Assembly: GCA_024402405.1 (NCBI GenBank)
Contig: JAKSTW010000001.1
Span: 3,734 to 67,733, forward strand
Direction: 5' to 3'
Origin: Spirochaetia bacterium
GTDB lineage: Bacteria > Spirochaetota > Spirochaetia > CADAEX01
DNA: 64,000 nucleotides
Part shown: one piece after another, positions 57,646 to 64,000 of the stretch
How positions within the stretch are numbered: the first letter of the stretch is position 1
Layout of the letters: each line of letters opens with the position of its first letter
Made by a program: the position numbers and the translations under genes
The notes under the pieces: model-generated
Told to the model about the DNA's origin: nothing
Databases searched by the model: none
The model's input: only the letters and a program-made list of their open reading frames with translations

Positions 57646-58038
57646 TTAACGTTTAGAGAACTGGAATCTTCTTCTTGCACCGCGTCTACCGTATTTCTTT
57701 CTCTCAACCATTCTGGAGTCTCTTGTGAGGAATCCGTTGGCATGGAGAACCTTGATATTGGACTCATCAAATCCTGCAAGTGCTCTTGCAATACCATGTC
57801 TGCAAGCACCAGCCTGACCTGTAATTCCGCCACCCTTAACATTGATGGTGATATCAAATTTATTTTCTGTAGCAGTTGCAACAAGTGGCTGCTTTACAGT
57901 GAATACATGCTCAGGGTTTGCAAAGTATGAATTTACTTCCTTTCCGTTGACAAGAATCTTTCCGTCGCCGTTTCTAAGATAAACTCTGGCTACAGATGTT
58001 TTTCTTCTTCCGGTTCCTAATGACAAATTTTTAATCAT
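57646..58038 (-). CDS. rpsI: 30S ribosomal protein S9
   Basis: [33 protein letters not shown]. Confidence 0.98.
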   Translation of the reverse strand: MIKNLSLGTGRRKTSVARVYLRNGDGKILVNGKEVNSYFANPEHVFTVKQPLVATATENKFDITINVKGGGITGQAGACRHGIARALAGFDESNIKVLHANGFLTRDSRMVERKKYGRRGARRRFQFSKR

Positions 58039-58055
58039 CTGTTATCTCCTTGTCC

Positions 58056-58484
58056 TTAAATTTCCAACTTCTCTGGATTCTGTGCAGCATGTGGATGCTC
58101 AGCACCTGCATAAATCTTCACATTTGCAAAAAGCTTGTTTCCGAGAGCTCCGTGTGGAAGCATTCCTCTGACAGCCTTTTCCATTGGATAAGTAGGTTTC
58201 TTTGCAAGGATTCCCTTGTAAGTCTCAACTTTCATTCCGCCTGGGAAGCCGGAATAATTATAATAAAGTTTACCTGTCTCTTTATTGCCTGTCATAATAG
58301 CTTTTTCAGCATTTATAATGATAACGAAGTCACCGATCTCCTGGTGTGGGACATAACAAGCCTTATGCTTTCCTCTTGCAAGGTTAGCGGCCTTAACTGC
58401 AACACGTCCCATAGGAACACCTTCGGCATCCAGTACGTACCATTTTCTGACAACATCTTTTGGTTTTACAAAGATAGTTTTCAT
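58056..58484 (-). CDS. rplM: 50S ribosomal protein L13
   Basis: WYVLDA, RGKHK, AVRGMLP, HPHAAQNP. Confidence 0.98.
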   Translation of the reverse strand: MKTIFVKPKDVVRKWYVLDAEGVPMGRVAVKAANLARGKHKACYVPHQEIGDFVIIINAEKAIMTGNKETGKLYYNYSGFPGGMKVETYKGILAKKPTYPMEKAVRGMLPHGALGNKLFANVKIYAGAEHPHAAQNPEKLEI

Positions 58485-58628
58485 AGTTATATTCCTTTCT
58501 AAAATTTAACTCCGGTCTCTATTAGAAGCTGGCGATCATAAGTGTAACGGCCTCATAACCGCATAGAAACAGAAATTAATATACAGCATAATAGAATAAT
58601 GATTTGGCAGAATTTGTCAATAGCCTGA

Positions 58629-59159
58629 TCAGCCAACGATTCCGTCTGTATAAACATGAGCCATGAGGAATTCTCCGCCTGCACCGATTTTCTTTCCATC
58701 CAGTTCCACATATCCGCCCTTTGTAGTCAGCGGCATATCAAAGAACTTGTCAGGCTTCACATAGCAGAGCTCTTCCTGCGGAGGTTCGAATCCCTCAGGT
58801 TCCAGCACTGTTCCAACCTGGAAATTATCTGCAAAAAGTACCTCACAGGTCTCATGATTCTCGTCTCCTGCTCTCATAGCAGCCAGCAGCATACCATTGG
58901 AACGGACACCGCGGAAATTGGCAGGCTTCAGATTGTATACCAGGACAATATTGTGTCCCAGCAGTTCCTCCGGCTTATAGTATGGGACGATGGAACTGAC
59001 GATCTGACGTGGCTCTTCCTCGCCGGTATTCAGCGAGATAATATATAGCATGGTTCCACCCGGATGCTGCTCCACCTTCTCTATTTTTGATACCTTAAGA
59101 ATGACTCTTTTGCTGAAACGCTCTGCCAGCGGCAGTTTATCTATTGCTGCAATATCCAT
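58629..59159 (-). CDS. Stand-alone tRNA-binding OB-fold protein (MetRS C-terminal/Trbp111-like)
   Basis: RQIVSSI..YY, NLKPANFRGVRSNGMLLAA; own SD AAGGAG. Confidence 0.85.
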   Translation of the reverse strand: MDIAAIDKLPLAERFSKRVILKVSKIEKVEQHPGGTMLYIISLNTGEEEPRQIVSSIVPYYKPEELLGHNIVLVYNLKPANFRGVRSNGMLLAAMRAGDENHETCEVLFADNFQVGTVLEPEGFEPPQEELCYVKPDKFFDMPLTTKGGYVELDGKKIGAGGEFLMAHVYTDGIVG

Positions 59160-59198
59160 AATTTTCTCCTTATCTATAAAAATTTATACGCGATTTCA

Positions 59199-59666
59199 TC
59201 AGCACTGCTTTCTGCTGTTTGTCAGACGGTGATACACCTTGGCGTACATATCTTCCAGGTCTGTCATATTTTCCAGTTCGGCTTCTGTGGCGCACCGAAA
59301 TCTTTCCACCAGAGAAGAATAAGAGAATGTGACTCTTTTCTCCTGAGTCTGCTGACGGTTGTACCACTCCACATAATCCGCTGCCAGTCTGCTGGCCAGA
59401 TCTGCATGGATATACCGGAACCCGCACCTGAGCATCAGCACCACCGCAGCCTTTCCCACTGCAGAATCATGGGCAGCCAGCACCTCCTGTTTTTTTTCGA
59501 TATCAGGATCATCAGAAAGAAAATTCTGAAAATCGAACAGAGGGTGCAGCCATTTGCCGCCGCTCTTAAAAATAAGAGCATTCTGACAATAAACACATAA
59601 TGTGCACCCGTCAGGAAGCGGTTCTTTATATTTTTCTGTCATAACTTCAGCAGCCGCAGGCTTCAT
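59199..59666 (-). CDS. DUF1893 (TM1506-like) protein
   Basis: KWLHPL, D..VGKAA, S..A, RCATE. Confidence 0.7.
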   Translation of the reverse strand: MKPAAAEVMTEKYKEPLPDGCTLCVYCQNALIFKSGGKWLHPLFDFQNFLSDDPDIEKKQEVLAAHDSAVGKAAVVLMLRCGFRYIHADLASRLAADYVEWYNRQQTQEKRVTFSYSSLVERFRCATEAELENMTDLEDMYAKVYHRLTNSRKQC

Positions 59667-60216
59667 GCTGGGTTCTCATAGCCATGATACAATGCTGGAT
59701 AACATCATTCAGTTCCATACCCATCATTTCAGCTCCCTTTCTGATCACATCCCTGCTGCATCCTGCCGCAAAACCAGCAGACTTGAATTTTTTCACCACT
59801 GATTTCACCTCCATGTCGCACACACTTTTGGACGGACGTGCCATGGCACAGGCAAAAATCAGTCCGGTCAGCTCATCCACAGTAAAAAGCACTTTTTCCA
59901 TCTGAGCAACAGGCTCCACATCACAGCAAAGTCCCCATCCATGACTCTGCACCGCATGAACCAGCTCATCTGTGATTCCAGGGAAATTGCCTTTCTCTTC
60001 TTCAAATATATCCCGGCACTTAATGCAGTGTGCATCAGGATATTTCTCAAAATCTATATCATGCAACATTCCCACACATTCCCAGAACTCAGGATCAGAT
60101 TCCTTATAAAATTCCGCAAAATATCTCATGGCAACAGAGACCGTCTTGCAATGGCGCAGCAAAGTATCTCCGCCGACATATTTTTTCAGCAGATCCTCTG
60201 CCTCTGTAATTTTCAT
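59647..60216 (-). CDS. HD-domain hydrolase
   Basis: RHCKTV, LHDIDFE, DELTGLI.A.A..RPSK, FAAGCSR. Confidence 0.9.
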   Translation of the reverse strand: MKITEAEDLLKKYVGGDTLLRHCKTVSVAMRYFAEFYKESDPEFWECVGMLHDIDFEKYPDAHCIKCRDIFEEEKGNFPGITDELVHAVQSHGWGLCCDVEPVAQMEKVLFTVDELTGLIFACAMARPSKSVCDMEVKSVVKKFKSAGFAAGCSRDVIRKGAEMMGMELNDVIQHCIMAMRTQHEACGC

Positions 60217-60228
60217 ATTCTTCTCTCC

Positions 60229-60978
60229 TTATAAATTTGAAAACTCAGAAATAATTCTGATTATTTTTCTAAACTCGCCCTCTGATATCTCAGCAGGCAG
60301 CACAGATGGTCTGTCATAAAAAGGCGAGATGATAATATTGTTTTCCAGGAAATATCTGAAAAGCATATTATATTTTTCCTCAGAAATGCATGGATAAAGA
60401 TACGGTCCCTGCACTTTCCAGACAGCAGAAGTTCTGTTCATGAATTCTTTATCCTGCCATATAGAATAATCAGCGGCGACCAGAAATTCTTTCAGATTCC
60501 ACACAGCTCTGACCGTTCCGGAAAGACATACGGGGGAAACTGTTTCCTCAGACAGCGGCAACTCATGACCGGCTATGACGATCCCGGGAGCAAAACCTCC
60601 GGGAACTGGAAGCACAGGAATAAAAACACAGGATTCTGCTCCACTCTCACCGAATGGTCTCCAGAACTCAAAACTGATATTTTTATTCTTCAATGCCAGC
60701 TCCGCTGCCTCAGGATCATGGAAAATATAAATTTTCTTATCTTCGCCAAAAATTTCTTTCAGTCCCTGTTTCAGTCTGTAAGCATATTTGGAAGGAACAG
60801 GTGAAAAGATTCCACGGTCTATGGTATCTTTCAGTGCCAGTGCAAATTTCTTCTGCCTGTGCCCAAGGATAGCAGCACCATTCTCCAGCCACATATCCAG
60901 ATAACGCCGTCCGCTGGAAGTATAAAAATGATATCCGCGCGCTCTGTTCATATCTGGAATAAGTTCTAAAAGATTCAT
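60229..60978 (-). CDS. Shortened class-III aminotransferase-like protein
   Basis: RARGYHFYTSSGRRYLDMW...AILGH N-terminal motif; only 249 aa; no recognisable PLP-Lys motif. Confidence 0.55.
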   Translation of the reverse strand: MNLLELIPDMNRARGYHFYTSSGRRYLDMWLENGAAILGHRQKKFALALKDTIDRGIFSPVPSKYAYRLKQGLKEIFGEDKKIYIFHDPEAAELALKNKNISFEFWRPFGESGAESCVFIPVLPVPGGFAPGIVIAGHELPLSEETVSPVCLSGTVRAVWNLKEFLVAADYSIWQDKEFMNRTSAVWKVQGPYLYPCISEEKYNMLFRYFLENNIIISPFYDRPSVLPAEISEGEFRKIIRIISEFSNL

Positions 60979-62051
60979 ATTTTATTCTCCCAACTGTAAA
61001 GATCTCCGGAAACTCCATAATGGATAAGATCAATGAATTCGCCATTCCATGTCCGGAGTGCCTTCTTAAAGAATGGATCACCTATGATGATATCATAGTT
61101 ATCTATGATATCAATAAAATTATCTTCATCATCAAAATGAATATCCTGTGGCTGTGCCAGTTCACTGTCAAGAGTAAACCAGGTTCCAACTGTCATTTCC
61201 GCATCATACTCTGCCAATTCAGCCATCAGTTTTTTTCTCAGTGCATTTCCGGCGATCTGCTGATGAATGATGAGGATCCTGCATTTTTTATGTATATTAT
61301 CTCTCAGTTTATCTGCTATGCCATCAAAAACTGCATTATCAGGGAAAAACACAGAATATGGGATATCGTATTCCCTCTGCAGGTATCTTGCAGCCTTTAG
61401 TCCGGCAGGAGCAACAACTGCACAGGATGTTATATTGCGCAGCTTTTTAAATATTTCCAACGAATCCGGCTGTCCTGCAAAAATCAGCTTCTCCGAATTC
61501 AGACATGATATATTTTTTTCTATTTCTTTCAGGCCCACTCCGGAAAGCATATTCATTGGCAGAGCTCCCAGCACCAAAATGAACTTTTCATCTGGATCCA
61601 CCTGCCGCTGTGCAAAAGCAGAGATAAGTCCCATATACCCTTTTTCTTCACCTTTGTCATAAAGATCCATTCCGTTAGTCTCAGCTACAGCAATATCTAT
61701 TCCTGTTCTTTTCTTAAGAATACGCCCCAAAGCCTTCATATCTGTTCCAATGACAGAAACCACCGGAGTCCCTACCAAAGCCCCGAAATTCACACCAGTC
61801 GCAGACAAGGCACTGATTATTTTCTTCTCCAGCACATCATCACGGCCGAAAATAGTATCCAGATCCCTGATGGCCGCACTGAAAAGCAGTCCTTTCCCGC
61901 CATAAAAGCGTGGCTCATCATAACCGCACACATTGCCGCTGCATCCACCAGGATCGCATATCACAGTAAGACCACCCATACCAAAAAACACTGATGCGGC
62001 ACCGGAATAGTCAGGAGCAAATGGGGCAAGATACCTATATAAACCTTTCAC
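60975..62051 (-). CDS. Nitrogenase component-1-like subunit (K/N-like)
   Basis: PFAPDYSGA, ICDPGGCSGNVCGYDEPR, GTPVVSVIGTD, IIIGDP. Confidence 0.8.
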   Translation of the reverse strand: MKGLYRYLAPFAPDYSGAASVFFGMGGLTVICDPGGCSGNVCGYDEPRFYGGKGLLFSAAIRDLDTIFGRDDVLEKKIISALSATGVNFGALVGTPVVSVIGTDMKALGRILKKRTGIDIAVAETNGMDLYDKGEEKGYMGLISAFAQRQVDPDEKFILVLGALPMNMLSGVGLKEIEKNISCLNSEKLIFAGQPDSLEIFKKLRNITSCAVVAPAGLKAARYLQREYDIPYSVFFPDNAVFDGIADKLRDNIHKKCRILIIHQQIAGNALRKKLMAELAEYDAEMTVGTWFTLDSELAQPQDIHFDDEDNFIDIIDNYDIIIGDPFFKKALRTWNGEFIDLIHYGVSGDLYSWENKI

Positions 62052-62059
62052 TTTTCCTC

Positions 62060-63370
62060 CTAAACAACCAGATATGATCCATAGATCTGTTCCCTGTGCG
62101 GAATTGGATCCATCAGATTTTTTTCCAGAGCATCGAACAGCCTCACAGTTCCGTCAAAGCCGAAAGGGTGCTTCTCCATATTCCAGCAGACACTGACTGC
62201 ATCACGGCAGAAATATCCGGCATCCAGGCCCAGCACAATATCAGCCACTCCATCAAAATATCCGGACAAAGTCTGCGTCATGGTAGGATGCACTCCGGAA
62301 TATACCTTCAGATCAGGCTTCAGTTCAGCAATATTTTTCAGAAAACTTCGGTCTTCAACAGTGATGATATTTCTGAAGACAAACGGTACTTCCAGCCCTG
62401 CTTCAAGAAAAGTCAGTGCGATCTCAAAGGGATTGCCGTTCACAGCCTCACCGACCCCGATACGCAGACCGCCATGTTTTCTGACAAAATCAGAAATCAC
62501 ATCCGCAGCCTTGTCAGCATAAGAAGACACATCAAGTTCAGTTCCCAGCGCTGTTCCAAGCAGACTGTACTGTTCCAATGTGCGGGATATACCATAAGTA
62601 TGCCTGAACTGAGTATTTGGAATACCGCATCTTTTTTCCAGATCATCAGCGGCGGCCTGGGTCTGTGGATTTATGACAATGTTCAATGAAGCTTCTCCCA
62701 TCCTGCAATATTCTTCAAAAGTATGACACTCCGAGATCTGATGTATCTCTGTAAATCCAGCCTGTTCAAGCACTTTCTTAAACTCACATCCGCTGTCCAG
62801 GGGAACAAAATTTCCCAATATATTGGCACATCCGGATTTTTTCGGAAATGCAGGAAGACAGCTGAATATGGCCTGTTGTACTGAAACCATGGGAGGACGT
62901 TTGCTTTCTCTGGTGATAGGATCCATAAAACATGTGGCTACAGGACAGCTGCATTTCTCAGCGATACGGCGCCCAACTCTGGCCAAATCTGTTCCAAGTA
63001 TGGCATCCACGCAGGTCATGCACAGAAGCAACGCCTTGGGGCGGGCCAGACGGCATACTTCTTCCGCCGCCTCCGGTATTTTTTTCTGATAGTTGCCAGT
63101 CACCACATCACGCTCTTCCAGCCGCAGATAAAAAATCCGGTCCTCAAATCCGGTCCTGCTTCCGGTTATTGTACCATGCCGTCCGCAGCATCCGGGAGCC
63201 ACCAGCAGCATCACGGCCTCAGGCAGCAGCATGGCAGTACGCTTGACGCCGAAACCGGCAGCTCCGGGACCGTTATAATGGAGATAGCACCTGTTGTCCA
63301 GCGGCCGACTGGCTGCTGAATCCTCAGCAATGATCTCCTCAGCAGTTTTACAGAATGGAATAAAGCTCAT
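62060..63370 (-). CDS. Nitrogenase component-1-like subunit (D/E-like)
   Basis: [34 protein letters not shown]. Confidence 0.8.
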   Translation of the reverse strand: MSFIPFCKTAEEIIAEDSAASRPLDNRCYLHYNGPGAAGFGVKRTAMLLPEAVMLLVAPGCCGRHGTITGSRTGFEDRIFYLRLEERDVVTGNYQKKIPEAAEEVCRLARPKALLLCMTCVDAILGTDLARVGRRIAEKCSCPVATCFMDPITRESKRPPMVSVQQAIFSCLPAFPKKSGCANILGNFVPLDSGCEFKKVLEQAGFTEIHQISECHTFEEYCRMGEASLNIVINPQTQAAADDLEKRCGIPNTQFRHTYGISRTLEQYSLLGTALGTELDVSSYADKAADVISDFVRKHGGLRIGVGEAVNGNPFEIALTFLEAGLEVPFVFRNIITVEDRSFLKNIAELKPDLKVYSGVHPTMTQTLSGYFDGVADIVLGLDAGYFCRDAVSVCWNMEKHPFGFDGTVRLFDALEKNLMDPIPHREQIYGSYLVV

Positions 63371-64000
63371 CTGTTTTCCATTAAAAATTTTGCAATATCC
63401 AGAAATTTCTGGCTTATAGGAAGATTGATATCTCCCTCGATAACTGTCTTGTTCATATCCTCATAATCCTGGATCGCCTGAGATCTGGGAATATCGCCTA
63501 TAACAGGAATACCCTTTCCGGCAGCAAATTCACGCACTTTTTTCTCCTCGTTATCTATATTCCTGCGATTCATGATCATACCCTTAACTCTGGCATATCC
63601 GCGGTCAGCAAAATTATTCACAGCCTCACAGATATTGTTGGCAGCAAAAAGTGACATTTTCTCACCGGAAGTGACAATATAGACCTCTTCGGCATAGCCC
63701 TCACGGATAGGAGCTGCAAAACCTCCGCATACCACATCGCCCAGAACATCGTACAGAACTATATCAGGCTTATATATTCCAAAAATATCCAGTTCTTCTA
63801 TAAGATCGAAAGTGGCAATGATTCCCCGTCCGGCACACCCTATTCCAGGAGTTGGTCCGCCTGTCTCTATGCAGAGAATTCCATTGAACCCCTTCTTCAC
63901 AATATCAGCCACCCCAGGGGTAATATCATTGCGCAATGAATTCATCACTGGCTCAGGGGGCATACCGCCAAGCAGATTTATGGTAGAATCAGCCTTTGGA
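63367..64000 (-). CDS. NifH-like iron protein; N-terminus beyond window edge
   Basis: Frame open to the edge: [13 protein letters not shown]..., [44 protein letters not shown]. Confidence 0.92.
   Translation of the reverse strand, partial: PKADSTINLLGGMPPEPVMNSLRNDITPGVADIVKKGFNGILCIETGGPTPGIGCAGRGIIATFDLIEELDIFGIYKPDIVLYDVLGDVVCGGFAAPIREGYAEEVYIVTSGEKMSLFAANNICEAVNNFADRGYARVKGMIMNRRNIDNEEKKVREFAAGKGIPVIGDIPRSQAIQDYEDMNKTVIEGDINLPISQKFLDIAKFLMENR

Noticed and set aside
57645-57884. 80-aa N-terminal extension of RecX overlapping rpsI
   Set aside because: Alternative-frame run-through of rpsI; a TTG right after the rpsI stop gives a normal-sized RecX.
58485-58620. Structured L13 autoregulatory leader
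   Set aside because: A leader of about 100 nt follows a TTGACA promoter, but I cannot support a specific fold by eye; it needs a covariance-model search.
1-64000. CRISPR array, cas1/cas2/cas4, integrase or transposase
   Set aside because: No regularly spaced repeats or such ORFs were seen; any array would lie left of the window, downstream of cas12a.
60975-64000. True nitrogen-fixation cluster
   Set aside because: Subunits are too short, FeMo-co ligand motifs are not recognisable, and no nifE/N/B follow.

Overview
A gene-dense 64 kb chromosomal window from an anaerobic bacterium. It is probably a gut or rumen spirochaete, inferred from the spirochaete-like gene content (XPB helicase, DUF3783-type ORF, LolA/RodZ/RimO block). 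Most of it is housekeeping: pyrC, murD, radC, dapAB, cysK, recR-ybaB-dnaX, ffs, three tRNAs, uvrD, rimO, murA, pdp, rplM-rpsI-recX. The main feature is missing from the ORF track: bases 479->1 (minus strand) encode the first 159 residues of a Cas12a/Cpf1-family CRISPR effector. Its ATG overlaps (ATGA) the stop codon of an nfeD-SPFH membrane operon, so it appears to have no promoter of its own. Other notable points: (i) at least ten genes have a sigma70-type -10 box only 5-7 nt before the ATG, most with a -35 at 17 bp, suggesting widespread leaderless mRNAs; (ii) lower-GC DNA around tRNA-Gly carries a TAXI-TRAP transporter, a two-component system, a truncated regulator, a LarA-family racemase and glycerate kinase; (iii) a nitrogenase-like nifH/D/K-like operon of unknown function runs off the right edge; (iv) two paralogous MFS genes share a conserved promoter. 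No CRISPR array, integrase or transposase is visible. All calls are by eye and by motif; no database searches were run.
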